Source: Oscillatoriophycideae cyanobacterium NC_groundwater_1537_Pr4_S-0.65um_50_18
GTDB taxonomy: Bacteria > Cyanobacteriota > Cyanobacteriia > Elainellales > Elainellaceae
Reading direction: 5' to 3'
DNA: 32,000 bases
NCBI GenBank assembly: GCA_016208305.1
Contig: JACQYI010000009.1
Span: forward strand, 842,604-874,603
Part shown: in pieces, positions 1-7,830 of the stretch
Position numbering within the stretch: position 1 is the first letter of the stretch
How the letters are laid out: each line of letters opens with the position of its first letter
Notes under the pieces: model-generated
Told to the model about the DNA's origin: nothing
Database searches by the model: none
The model's input: only the letters and a program-made list of their open reading frames with translations
Program-made: the position numbers and the translations under genes

Positions 1-831
1 GATTTTCAGGGGTTTTGGAATAGAACCATTCCTGCTGACACGACCCAAGCGATCGTCCTGGCACAGTTAGCCAAAAATAGAGGATTCAAAACAGTTTCTA
101 CCATCGTGCTCAACACTGAGAGCGGGATTCGGTTTGAAAAAGCCTTCATTGCTGCTTTTGAGAAATCGGGGGGAACTGTCCTCAACAAGGCCAATCCAAC
201 CCGCTATAATCCGCAGGGCGATCGCTTTGACGATGAAGCTTTTGCAGCTTTTTACCCAGACGGTATAACGCCCGATGCAGTGGTAGGAGATCTCAATCCT
301 GATACGGGCAGTCTGCTGCTGCAATCTGCTAACGAGCAGGGCTTACTCGAAGGGGTGCAGCTCCTGTTGAGCGATCGCATTCGCAATCCTGTCAATAGCC
401 TCACGAGAAACACCACCCCGCCTTTTCTGCCAGAGGGCACGATCGGGATCGCTGCTAGCTCTAAAAATGTCGAAAACGACAGCTTTCTAAAGATCTGGCA
501 AGAGACACAGACCAAATCTCCAGGTATTTATGCGCCTCAAACTTGGGATGCTGCCGCGCTGCTGCTTCTGGCGGCTGAAGCGGCAAAGTCAAATCAAGGT
601 GACGCCATCCGGGGTAAGTTGCGAGAAGTGGCCAATGCTCCAGGGGCAGAAGTGGCAGACTTGTGTGAAGCCTTGCAGCATTTGCGAGATGGAAAAGACA
701 TCAACTACCAGGGGGCAAGCGGCAAGGTTGATCTAGATGCAAACGGCGATGTCAGCAGTAGCTACGAGATTTGGACCGTAGATATGCAGGGCAAAATCCG
801 AGAGATCGGTCAGGTCGAACCCAATCAGTAA
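1..831 (+). CDS. ABC transporter periplasmic substrate-binding protein, type I (Leu/Ile/Val-binding LivJ/K / NatB-like family); 5' end lies outside the window
   Basis: Frame 1 is open from base 1, with no stop before the ORF-track Met at 106. The stop is TAA 829-831. The translation (FWNRTIPADTTQAIVLAQLAKNRGFKTV ... INYQGASGKVDLDANGDVSSSYEIWTV) has the layout of type I amino-acid binding proteins. Family call is from recall. Confidence 0.8.
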   Translation, partial: DFQGFWNRTIPADTTQAIVLAQLAKNRGFKTVSTIVLNTESGIRFEKAFIAAFEKSGGTVLNKANPTRYNPQGDRFDDEAFAAFYPDGITPDAVVGDLNPDTGSLLLQSANEQGLLEGVQLLLSDRIRNPVNSLTRNTTPPFLPEGTIGIAASSKNVENDSFLKIWQETQTKSPGIYAPQTWDAAALLLLAAEAAKSNQGDAIRGKLREVANAPGAEVADLCEALQHLRDGKDINYQGASGKVDLDANGDVSSSYEIWTVDMQGKIREIGQVEPNQ

Positions 832-915
832 GGGTTTGAGGGTCAGTTTTCTCCTGCTTCATAGAATTTGATAAATTCTTGTACATTAAGGTCAGAGTTC
901 ATAATTATTTCCTGC

Positions 916-1368
916 ATGACACCCACACTTTTTGACAGTTCTTCTCAGCCCATGATCTTGGGCTTTGATCCGGGTCGTCAGAAGTGTGGCTTGGCTGTGA
1001 TGGGAGTCGATCGCAACCTTTACTACCACGAAGTGATTTCAGCTAGCGAGGCGATCGCCACAATCCAGACACTACGTCAACAATTCCCAATTTCCACCCT
1101 GGTGGTTGGGGATCAGACTAGCGCCAAAGAATGGAAGCAGAAACTCAGCAGCGACTTGCCAGAACCGCCGCGAATTATTTTGGTTGATGAGCGACACAGC
1201 ACCTTACAAGCTCGCGATCGCTATTGGCAAATGTATCCTCCGAGAGGTCTGTCTCGCTTGATTCCTGAAGGAATGAGAGGGTTGCCACGTCCGATTGACG
1301 ATATTGTGGCTATTTTGCTGATTGAGCGCTATCTGGGACAGCTCACCTACGAAATGCACCCAGAGTAA
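916..1368 (+). CDS. RNase H-fold YqgF/RuvX-like nuclease (putative Holliday-junction-resolvase-like / pre-16S rRNA nuclease family, divergent)
   Basis: The ORF-track ORF 868..1368 begins at a TTG. In-frame ATGs lie at 916 (MTPTLFDSS) and 952 (MILGFDPGR). The motifs ILGFDPGRQKCGLAV, VVGDQTS and LVDERHSTLQAR resemble YqgF/RuvX-type proteins. The start codon is uncertain. Confidence 0.55.
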   Translation: MTPTLFDSSSQPMILGFDPGRQKCGLAVMGVDRNLYYHEVISASEAIATIQTLRQQFPISTLVVGDQTSAKEWKQKLSSDLPEPPRIILVDERHSTLQARDRYWQMYPPRGLSRLIPEGMRGLPRPIDDIVAILLIERYLGQLTYEMHPE

Positions 1369-1548
1369 GGCGCTGCTGACTATGCAGCTAAGTATGCTTC
1401 ATCTGGCTACGACATTTACTCTGAGTGGTGCACCGCTCAAAATAAATGTCGTAGATAAAATCAGCCGTGCCAAACAAACTTCATCGTCAAATTGCACCGT
1501 GATGGCTGGGTATAGGCTTTACCCGTAGATGCTTTGTCAATAAATGCG

Positions 1549-1908
1549 TTACCAATAGAGGCAAACGTTACGCACATCAGACGTTTGATGTGGATCGATC
1601 GCATTAATGGCAGCAGGAGTCAGATCGACAATAAAACCGCCTGACCAAGGGCCGCGATCATTGATTCGCACACTCACTTCCCTACCATTATCTTGATCGA
1701 CTACAGTTACCCAAGACCCTATCGGTATCCAGGGATGAGCCGCAGTTAGTGCGCCTGGGTCAAAGGCTTCGCCGTTGGCAGTCACAGATCCACTGTCATA
1801 ATAGGCTGCCATACCGCATTCTGTTTGCGATTTTGCAGGTTCAGCAAAGCTTAAACTGGCCAGCGCAATAACCACTGAAAATTTCAGTGAAGATGAGGAA
1901 ATATTCAT
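1549..1908 (-). CDS. rlpA: RlpA-like double-psi beta-barrel (DPBB) protein, secreted (septal ring lytic transglycosylase RlpA family)
   Basis: N-terminal signal peptide MNISSSSLKFSVVIALASLSFA. It is followed by the RlpA-type core GMAAYYDSGSVTANGEAFDPGALTAAHPWIPIGSWVTVVDQDNGREVSVRINDRGPW. Confidence 0.85.
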   Translation of the reverse strand: MNISSSSLKFSVVIALASLSFAEPAKSQTECGMAAYYDSGSVTANGEAFDPGALTAAHPWIPIGSWVTVVDQDNGREVSVRINDRGPWSGGFIVDLTPAAINAIDPHQTSDVRNVCLYW

Positions 1909-2003
1909 AAGTTCAAAGAATTGAAGCAGCTAAACAGCAGGGGGCTTTCAATCCTTCTCGGTTTCAGATGCACACCCTGCTAGAATCCTTCACCTCTCCT
2001 CAG

Positions 2004-2032
2004 AACACCACCACACTAAAACACCACCACAC
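2004..2032. repeat. 13-bp direct repeat AACACCACCACAC x2 (period 16), enclosed by inverted repeat AGAATCCT (1982-1989) / AGGATTCT (2041-2048)
   Basis: Read directly: AACACCACCACAC at 2004-2016 and 2020-2032. It lies in the region upstream of rlpA, which is on the minus strand. Confidence 0.8.
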
Positions 2033-2336
2033 AACCACCGAGGATTCTTAGCAGAGAAAGATCAAGGGCTAACTGAAATGCTCTGACTAACAACTTCAAC
2101 CGAAAAGGACTGAGTTATTGCCGCTAGGTTCGGCCTTATCCAATGAGATCGGCTAAACTCGAAGCGACTTCACCTCAAATACTGGCTTACCGCAGAAGAT
2201 TTTTCCCTGTTGGCATTAAGTAAATCTCAAAGCTTTACGCTTTGCTGAGATTTCACAGCAATGGGGTTAAATTCACAGACATTTGACATATTTATCGAGT
2301 AGCTTGGAGGGCTTGCCTTTAGCTTCTTGCGAATTA

Positions 2337-2364
2337 GGGTTTTGTGACGTGCGCCACAAAACCC
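2337..2364 (-). terminator. Hairpin immediately downstream of the 2379..2666 ORF (10-bp perfect stem GGGTTTTGTG / CACAAAACCC, 8-nt loop)
   Basis: Left arm 2337-2346, right arm 2355-2364. It sits 15 nt after the stop codon of the minus-strand ORF. No clear U-tract follows on the minus strand, so terminator function is uncertain. Confidence 0.4.
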
Positions 2365-2378
2365 CATAAAGCTGGATC

Positions 2379-2666
2379 TCAAATATCGGCACGAATCGTA
2401 AAGCAGTAGTCGCCACCCGGTTCAAGCTGATAGTCGCTCTGTTCTAAAAAACGGCTTAGAGGTTCCTTGATCAGTGCGCGACCTAGGGAAGGCTCTACAG
2501 AAAGCTGCCCTTGGCGAAACTGCCAGTGAAATTGCCACTCATATTCACCCGCTCTGACCTCACCTGCGATCGCGCCTTGTTGCCAAGACTGATAGGTGAC
2601 GCGCACATGAGCAGTGGTTTGAGGTAGACGTTTGGGACTCACGAACAAATATCTCTCACAAGACAA
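2379..2666 (-). CDS. Small conserved hypothetical protein (Trp/Gln-rich; resembles a cyanobacterial DUF-type small protein)
   Basis: 95-codon ORF with no internal ATG. Possible starts are TTG 2666 or GTG 2642 (giving MSPKRLPQTTAHVRV...). The sequence ...YQSWQQGAIAGEVRAGEYEWQFHWQFRQGQLSVEPSLGRALIKEPLSRFLEQSDYQLEPGGDYCFTIRA looks like a real globular protein. A hairpin follows the stop. Confidence 0.5.
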   Translation of the reverse strand: MSCERYLFVSPKRLPQTTAHVRVTYQSWQQGAIAGEVRAGEYEWQFHWQFRQGQLSVEPSLGRALIKEPLSRFLEQSDYQLEPGGDYCFTIRADI

Positions 2667-2768
2667 GAAATGGCAGCTTTCAGTAGTCTATAGTCTGTTT
2701 TTACAGCTTGCAGCCATTGGTATCTCGTCTTCAGTCTAAAGGCTGACATTCTACAGCCTTTCTCAGCC

Positions 2769-3140
2769 TTACGGTTTTTCGACGCGTCGCGCATCAGCTT
2801 CTAGCACCCACAAAACTAACCCCTTAGGCACGCGGGTCAGCAAAACTTGGTTGCCCCGCTGAGTCATCAAAGCTGCTTTTTGGCGTGCAACTTCTACTGT
2901 CGGGAAAAATTTGACAAAGGCATAATACTGCCCCTCGTAGCGAATAGCACCTGTGGGCTGAGGCGTATCTGGCAAAATCACATGACACCGCTCAACTGCC
3001 TTTTGCGAAAAAATGGGTGTCATGTTTATAGCTGGCTGCTTGGTCAATAATAAATCGATAGAATTGGCCTCCAGCCCTTTGTTTTGCGGTAAATCGGGGC
3101 TGAGCGAATCGAAACTTTGTAAATCAGAACCGCTAAACAT
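2769..3140 (-). CDS. Hypothetical protein (123 aa)
   Basis: ATG-initiated ORF, same strand as and 102 bp upstream of the 2379..2666 ORF. I recognise no motif. The C-terminal half (IRYEGQYYAFVKFFPTVEVARQKAALMTQRGNQVLLTRVPKGLVLWVLE) looks like a folded alpha/beta domain. Confidence 0.55.
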   Translation of the reverse strand: MFSGSDLQSFDSLSPDLPQNKGLEANSIDLLLTKQPAINMTPIFSQKAVERCHVILPDTPQPTGAIRYEGQYYAFVKFFPTVEVARQKAALMTQRGNQVLLTRVPKGLVLWVLEADARRVEKP

Positions 3141-3626
3141 AACTGTCTCCTACAGAAGCACCTGAACTAGAAAAGCTGAAAGGGAGCAGGATTAGAGGTA
3201 GAAAAGCCTCTGTTGCTAAAAGCTACTTCTCCTGGTGCAGGGTTGAACCCAGCCTGTCTAAGTTCGAAACACACCCTAGCTTCTACTGATGGCTCTCAAG
3301 GCGGTTTTGCAGCTTAGACAAACTACACAACTGCTGATCAAATTGTTCCCAAAACTCGAAAATGTATCCCGCTAAAACCCATGAATCGAACTCCCTTCTG
3401 CTACTGATTTACCGCTGTTGTGTGACTCTGTTAACGGTTGTAACGAAATTTTTGGATTTGAGCCAGGACTAATCGGCGGAAATTTGACTAAAGTGCGCCA
3501 AACCGACTCTTGGGGTTCGGTTCTGCTCACTTCGGGTTAGTCGAATGAATTGTTACAGTTAGCTTAATCGAACAGAGCTTTGAATCTAGAGCTTTGTGCT
3601 AGATATCTAAAAGAGGTTATTAACCT

Positions 3627-3968
3627 ATGAATGATGCAACCGATCGCCTTGCTGGATTGTTTGGTGGTAGCGACACACCCAATACTCTGTGGCAATATGT
3701 GCAGTCTATGAGTCCTGAAACGGCAGCTCAGCTCTCTAAGCCTGAGTCAGTAGAGGTGCTTCAAGTGATTGAGCGGAATATCGTTGGCATGCTGGGTGGA
3801 TTGCCCTCTGAGCAGTTTGGAGTCACGATTACCACTAGCCGTGAAAATTTGGGACGAATGATGGCTTCTGCGATGATTAGCGGCTACTTTTTGCGCAATG
3901 CTGAGCAGCGCTTGAGTCTTGAGCAGTCTGTCCGATCGCTAGAATTGGGCGCTACTGACTCAGAGTAA
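3627..3968 (+). CDS. DUF760-like protein (cyanobacteria/plastid-lineage conserved protein)
   Basis: LWQYVQSMSPETAAQLSKPESVEVLQVIERNIVGMLGGLPSEQFGVTITTSRENLGRMMASAMISGYFLRNAEQR matches my recollection of the DUF760 family signature. ATG start with AAGAGG 9-14 nt upstream. Confidence 0.8.
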   Translation: MNDATDRLAGLFGGSDTPNTLWQYVQSMSPETAAQLSKPESVEVLQVIERNIVGMLGGLPSEQFGVTITTSRENLGRMMASAMISGYFLRNAEQRLSLEQSVRSLELGATDSE

Positions 3969-3992
3969 CAGCCTACTCAGAGTAACAGCCTA
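3958..3992. repeat. Perfect 17-bp tandem duplication (ACTCAGAGTAACAGCCT x2) spanning the stop codon of the DUF760 gene
   Basis: Read directly: 3958-3974 equals 3975-3991. The stop TAA 3966-3968 lies in copy 1, and copy 2 repeats it downstream. Confidence 0.9.
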
Positions 3993-4023
3993 AGCCAGCA
4001 TGAATGGCGAGTATGAACGCTTC

Positions 4024-4064
4024 GAGAGTTAAGGCTTTGAGAGTTAAAGCTTTGAGAGCTAACG
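4024..4064. repeat. 15-bp tandem repeat, about 2.7 copies (GAGAGTTAAGGCTTT / GAGAGTTAAAGCTTT / GAGAGCTAACG)
   Basis: Read directly; intergenic. Confidence 0.85.
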
Positions 4065-4114
4065 TTCAGAACCTATCGGCAGAGTTAGCTATTTTCAATT
4101 GGGATCTCGTAGTC

Positions 4115-4151
4115 GGGATTTTGTGGCGGACAGAGAACGCTACAAAATCCC
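4115..4151. other. Hairpin: 10-bp perfect stem GGGATTTTGT / ACAAAATCCC with a 17-nt loop
   Basis: Arms at 4115-4124 and 4142-4151. It lies in the 800-bp non-coding region between the DUF760 and DUF2949 genes. Confidence 0.6.
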
Positions 4152-4218
4152 AAAAATCGGGTTTTTAGGGTGCCATGAGCTTTAGAAAACTGATTTTTTA
4201 AGAAGGCATATTAACGCA

Positions 4219-4273
4219 CAAGCCCCATGATATGAAAGTCTCACTGCGCGTGACTTTCATATCATGGGGCTTG
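4219..4273. repeat. Long perfect inverted repeat / hairpin: 22-bp arms CAAGCCCCATGATATGAAAGTC / GACTTTCATATCATGGGGCTTG, 11-nt spacer
   Basis: Arms at 4219-4240 and 4252-4273, exact reverse complements. No U-tract on either side, so it is not a canonical terminator. Confidence 0.85.
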
Positions 4274-4672
4274 CCGATCCGGTAGCAGCACTCATGGGGC
4301 AGAGGTGGAAATCTTAGCGATGGCTCGCCTACATTACGCTGAATTATTCGTATGGCGATCGGCACAAGTGTAAGGACTGGGATATTCTTATGGGCACGCT
4401 CCACACACCCACAAAAATGTCCTAAACGTAATGGCCATGCCGAAATAATTTTTAAACTATTGCCCTTTAAAGGACTGGCTTTTTAAGCTATAGTACACAA
4501 GTCCTATAGGAGCTTTCATAATTGCTCTCATTTTTGCCGACTCACAGTAGAAAGAAGGCACAAAATTTTTAAGCCTCAAGGCTGATTTTTTGGGGTGTGG
4601 CTTAAGCCAAGATCTCTTTAGTCAGCTTAGCTTTAAGCCAATCAGCCCCTATTAAATTTTTTCCCAAAAGCA

Positions 4673-4701
4673 TTCCAACTGCTCTCTATTGTCGCTATAA
4701 T
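4673..4701 (+). promoter_or_regulatory. Candidate sigma70-type promoter for the DUF2949 gene (-35 TTCCAA, 17-nt spacer, -10 TATAAT)
   Basis: TTCCAA at 4673-4678 and TATAAT at 4696-4701, about 70 nt upstream of ATG 4771. Pattern match only. Confidence 0.3.
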
Positions 4702-4770
4702 GCCGACTATTAATTCTGAAATTAAGTTACGAAACTTAAAAAACTATTTATCTAAACCCCCCTGAAAGTC

Positions 4771-4968
4771 ATGGCAACAGAGTCTACAGCCCAAACTCGC
4801 CTCATTCAGTTTTTGCGCGAAGAGCTAGCTTTGCCGACCCCAGCGATCGCTCTTGCGCTGCGTCAACCTGAGCAGGGCGCAAACTTGCCTATGGTGCTCT
4901 GGCAATATGGGCTAATCACATTGGAACAGTTGGACAAGATATTCGACTGGATGGAAACTGCGTATTAA
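4771..4968 (+). CDS. DUF2949-like small protein (cyanobacteria-restricted family)
   Basis: LIQFLREELALPTPAIALALRQPEQGANLPMVLWQYGLITLEQLDKIFDWMET matches my recollection of the DUF2949 pattern (LWQYGL.TL.QLD.IFDW). Confidence 0.75.
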   Translation: MATESTAQTRLIQFLREELALPTPAIALALRQPEQGANLPMVLWQYGLITLEQLDKIFDWMETAY

Positions 4969-5060
4969 GCCTGGTACACGGAGCTTGCGGGGTTTGTGCG
5001 ATCGTTGCAGTGGCGTGATCCCCGTACAAAGCTCTAGAGGTGAAACCCCTTAGAATAAGC

Positions 5061-5222
5061 ATGTGGGCACTTTCAAGGCTCTCGTTCGCTCCAGCTATCT
5101 GCGGGTTCTTGATTGGAGCGATCGCATTTCAAGATTCCGTCTCTACCTGGAAACAGGGCGCAGATAAGGAATTTGACTTCAATAAGTTTCATCAGGTCAG
5201 CGACCTTGTAGAAACCTTGTGA
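5061..5222 (+). CDS. Possible small single-TM protein (53 aa from ATG 5061; the ORF track starts at GTG 5040)
   Basis: MWALSRLSFAPAICGFLIGAIAF has one hydrophobic segment. No recognisable homology and no clear RBS. Weak call. Confidence 0.25.
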   Translation: MWALSRLSFAPAICGFLIGAIAFQDSVSTWKQGADKEFDFNKFHQVSDLVETL

Positions 5223-5349
5223 AAGCATCGGGTTCTGACACACCGTGGAGACCCCAGGCGCATTGCAGATGGGCATTGCCCATTAGCTATGAGTCAGAAC
5301 TGCCGAAGCTAATGGATCAGAGAAATTTTAAAAAGGAACGCTAAACGAA

Positions 5350-7239
5350 ATGGCGATTAAAGACCAACCTCAGCCCCCACGTTCTCGCCAGATTGGTAAT
5401 ATTTTGCTGCTGGTATCAGGACTATTCTTGTTGGCGAATGTCTTCTTACCGGGTTTGCTAGGGCCTGCTATCCCCAAGGTGCCCTACAGTCTGTTTATTG
5501 ATCAAGTGCAGGATAAAGAAGTAGCACGGGTTTCGGTAGGACAAAACGAAATTCGCTATCAGCTTAAGGAAGCGGATGGACAGGCTGGACAGCTCTTTTC
5601 TACAACCCCCATTTTTGATCTAGAGTTGCCAAAGCGTTTAGAAGACAATGGCGTAGAGTTTGCGGCGGCACCTCCTCCAAAGAATGCTTGGTTTGGTAGC
5701 GTGTTGAGCTGGGTGATTCCGCCGTTAATCTTTGTCGGCATCTGGCAGTTCTTTCTCAATCGCGGTGGCGGTGGACCTCAAGGGGCGCTATCGATCGGCA
5801 AGAGCAAGGCCAAAGTCTATGTAGAGGGTGAGTCTGGCAAAATCACGTTTGCTGATGTGGCAGGCGTAGAAGAAGCCAAGACTGAGCTAGTAGAAATCGT
5901 AGATTTTCTCAAAACACCTGAGCGCTTTACGCAGATTGGGGCAAGAATTCCTAAAGGCGTGCTGCTGATTGGGCCTCCGGGTACGGGCAAAACGCTTCTG
6001 GCCAAAGCCGTTGCGGGTGAGGCAGGTGTGCCTTTCTTTAGCATTTCTGGCTCTGAGTTTGTCGAGCTGTTTGTCGGCGTTGGGTCTTCCCGAGTGCGTG
6101 ACTTGTTTGAACAAGCTAAAAAACAAGCGCCTTGCATCATCTTTATTGACGAGCTGGATGCGATCGGCAAATCTAGAGCCTCTAGCGGTTTTTATGGCGG
6201 CAACGATGAGCGAGAGCAAACCCTCAATCAGCTCTTGACCGAGATGGATGGCTTTGCGGCTGGAGGTGCAACGGTGATTGTGCTGGCAGCAACCAACCGT
6301 CCTGAAACCCTTGACCCAGCCTTACTACGACCGGGTCGGTTCGATCGCCAAGTTTTGGTCGATCGCCCTGACTTAATCGGGCGGCAGGCCATTCTCGAAA
6401 TTCATGCCAAAGAGGTGAAGCTAGGGCCGGACATTGACTTGAAAGCGATCGCGACCCGTACTCCTGGTTTTGCCGGAGCCGATCTCGCCAATCTGGTGAA
6501 TGAGGCAGCACTGCTAGCGGCTCGTAATCGCCGCACAGAAGTGGCTCAGGCTGACTTTGCAGAAGCGATCGAGCGGGTGGTGGCAGGTCTAGAGAAAAAG
6601 AGCCGTGTCTTGAACGAGAAAGAGAAGAAGATTGTGGCCTATCACGAAGTAGGTCATGCGATGGTGGGCACTGCCGTCACGGGCACTAGCCAGGTTGAGA
6701 AAATCTCGATCGTGCCCCGAGGGATGGCTGCTTTGGGCTATACCCTACAGCTACCGACCGAAGATCGCTTTTTGATGAGTGAAGAAGAGCTGCATGGTCA
6801 GATTGCAACGCTATTGGGTGGGCGATCGGCTGAGGAAATTGTCTTTGGCAGCATTACTACAGGCGCATCAAATGACCTGCAACGGGCGACAGACCTGGCA
6901 GAACGTATGGTGACAACCTACGGCATGAGTAAGGTATTGGGGCCTTTGGCTTACCAGCAAGGACAGCAAAACCAGTTTTTGGGTGGCGATCCGATGAATC
7001 CTCGCCGCTTAGTGAGTCCTCAAACCGCAGAGGCGATCGATCAAGAGGTAAAAGCCATTGTGGAGAATGCCCATCAACAGGCACTCGACATTCTCAATCG
7101 CAACCGGGAGCTATTGGAAACCATTTCTCTACAGCTCCTAGAGACTGAGGTGATTGAAGGCGACAACTTGCGATCGATGTTGAGCCAGCTTGTCTCTAAA
7201 GAGGGTCAGCCTGAAGATAAGGTCGCAGCAGAAGTATAG
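5350..7239 (+). CDS. ftsH: ATP-dependent zinc metalloprotease FtsH
   Basis: Two N-terminal TM segments, Walker A GPPGTGKT, Walker [12 protein letters not shown] second region of homology, and zinc motif HEVGHA. Full length, 629 aa. Confidence 0.97.
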   Translation: MAIKDQPQPPRSRQIGNILLLVSGLFLLANVFLPGLLGPAIPKVPYSLFIDQVQDKEVARVSVGQNEIRYQLKEADGQAGQLFSTTPIFDLELPKRLEDNGVEFAAAPPPKNAWFGSVLSWVIPPLIFVGIWQFFLNRGGGGPQGALSIGKSKAKVYVEGESGKITFADVAGVEEAKTELVEIVDFLKTPERFTQIGARIPKGVLLIGPPGTGKTLLAKAVAGEAGVPFFSISGSEFVELFVGVGSSRVRDLFEQAKKQAPCIIFIDELDAIGKSRASSGFYGGNDEREQTLNQLLTEMDGFAAGGATVIVLAATNRPETLDPALLRPGRFDRQVLVDRPDLIGRQAILEIHAKEVKLGPDIDLKAIATRTPGFAGADLANLVNEAALLAARNRRTEVAQADFAEAIERVVAGLEKKSRVLNEKEKKIVAYHEVGHAMVGTAVTGTSQVEKISIVPRGMAALGYTLQLPTEDRFLMSEEELHGQIATLLGGRSAEEIVFGSITTGASNDLQRATDLAERMVTTYGMSKVLGPLAYQQGQQNQFLGGDPMNPRRLVSPQTAEAIDQEVKAIVENAHQQALDILNRNRELLETISLQLLETEVIEGDNLRSMLSQLVSKEGQPEDKVAAEV

Positions 7240-7254
7240 GTGAGTTGAATCTTT

Positions 7255-7297
7255 AGCAGTTTTGAAGGCATCATGAAGCTTTCAAAACTGCTTTTTG
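7255..7297 (+). terminator. Rho-independent terminator of ftsH
   Basis: 12-bp perfect stem AGCAGTTTTGAA (7255-7266) / TTCAAAACTGCT (7281-7292) followed by TTTTT. It starts 16 nt after the ftsH stop. Confidence 0.8.
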
Positions 7298-7334
7298 CTT
7301 TCTATCTCTTGTGTATACAGACTGCAATGAGTAA

Positions 7335-7573
7335 CCGCCATCTACGATAAGATCCCCAAAATTCCTTCTAGAGGATACAGGCGCCTATTACAACAAAGCT
7401 TGCTGTTATGGATTACAAGGCAATGTAGAAAGATCGATCGCCTCTTTGCAACGGGCGATCGATCTTGACCCCAAGTACCAAGAGACAGCACAAACTGACA
7501 CGGATTTTCTGACACGGATTTTGACGGTATTCAAGAAAGCGATGCGTTTCAGGCGCTAATGGAAGGCTCGTAG
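7335..7573 (+). pseudogene. Remnant of a TPR-repeat protein gene (C-terminal fragment only), frameshifted by a 14-bp tandem duplication
   Basis: Open frame after TAA 7332-7334, with no start codon. It reads ...EDTGAYYNKACCYGLQGNVERSIASLQRAIDLDPKYQETAQTDTDF, then shifts frame. Removing one copy of the 14-bp duplication (7509-7522) restores ...TDTDFDGIQESDAFQALMEGS* (stop 7571-7573), a typical C-terminus of cyanobacterial TPR proteins. Confidence 0.6.
7495..7522. repeat. Perfect 14-bp tandem duplication CTGACACGGATTTT x2 inside the TPR remnant
   Basis: Read directly: 7495-7508 equals 7509-7522. The length is not a multiple of 3, so it shifts the frame. Confidence 0.9.
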
Positions 7574-7626
7574 AATAGGGAAAGGGCAATCTGCTGCCTC
7601 TCTTAAAATTGTCAAGGTGGTAAACA

Positions 7627-7830
7627 ATGCGCGTTAAAGCACTCATTCATCCTGCTGAAGAAGGCGGATACTGGGCAGAAGTCCCGGCACTACCCGGTTG
7701 CATTACTGAAGGCGACACAATGGAAGAGCTGATGGCAAATTTGCAGGATGCGATCGAAGGATGGCTAGACGTTGCCAATAGTCAAGATCTCGATCAGCCT
7801 GAGGGCGAGATTGTCGAAATCACAGTATAA
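7627..7830 (+). CDS. hicB: HicB-family antitoxin (short UPF0150-type, no DNA-binding extension)
   Basis: MRVKALIHPAEEGGYWAEVPALPGCITEGDTMEELMANLQDAIEGWLDV is the characteristic HicB/UPF0150 N-terminal fold signature. AAGGTGG lies 6 nt upstream of the ATG. Confidence 0.85.
   Translation: MRVKALIHPAEEGGYWAEVPALPGCITEGDTMEELMANLQDAIEGWLDVANSQDLDQPEGEIVEITV

Noticed and set aside
1322-1528. A 68-aa plus-strand ORF between the convergent YqgF-like and RlpA-like genes.
   Set aside because: It overlaps the 3' end of the upstream gene in another frame. It has no RBS or motif and sits where the terminators of two convergent genes are expected.
1909-2250. A c-di-AMP (ydaO-type) riboswitch upstream of the RlpA-like gene. 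Cell-wall hydrolase and RlpA-type genes are known targets of this class.
   Set aside because: On the sense (minus) strand I found only weak resemblances. These were GAGGUGAAG versus the conserved GGGGUGAAUC, and CCGAACCUAGCGGCAAUAACUC versus CCGAAUCCGNCAGCUAACCUCG. The strongly conserved GGGGGACCCA and GUAGGG blocks are absent. An Infernal scan with the Rfam ydaO model would settle it. Without that scan I do not call it.
4198-4404. A 68-aa minus-strand ORF in the long intergenic region.
   Set aside because: It reads straight through both arms of the 22-bp perfect inverted repeat. It has no RBS and an implausible composition, so the hairpin is the real feature.
5559-7084. Multiple ORFs overlapping ftsH: minus strand 5559..5759, 5817..6170, 5887..6219, 6224..6511 and 6857..7084, plus 5969..6238 on the plus strand.
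   Set aside because: They overlap a complete, motif-rich FtsH gene in other frames. None has a motif or a plausible start context.
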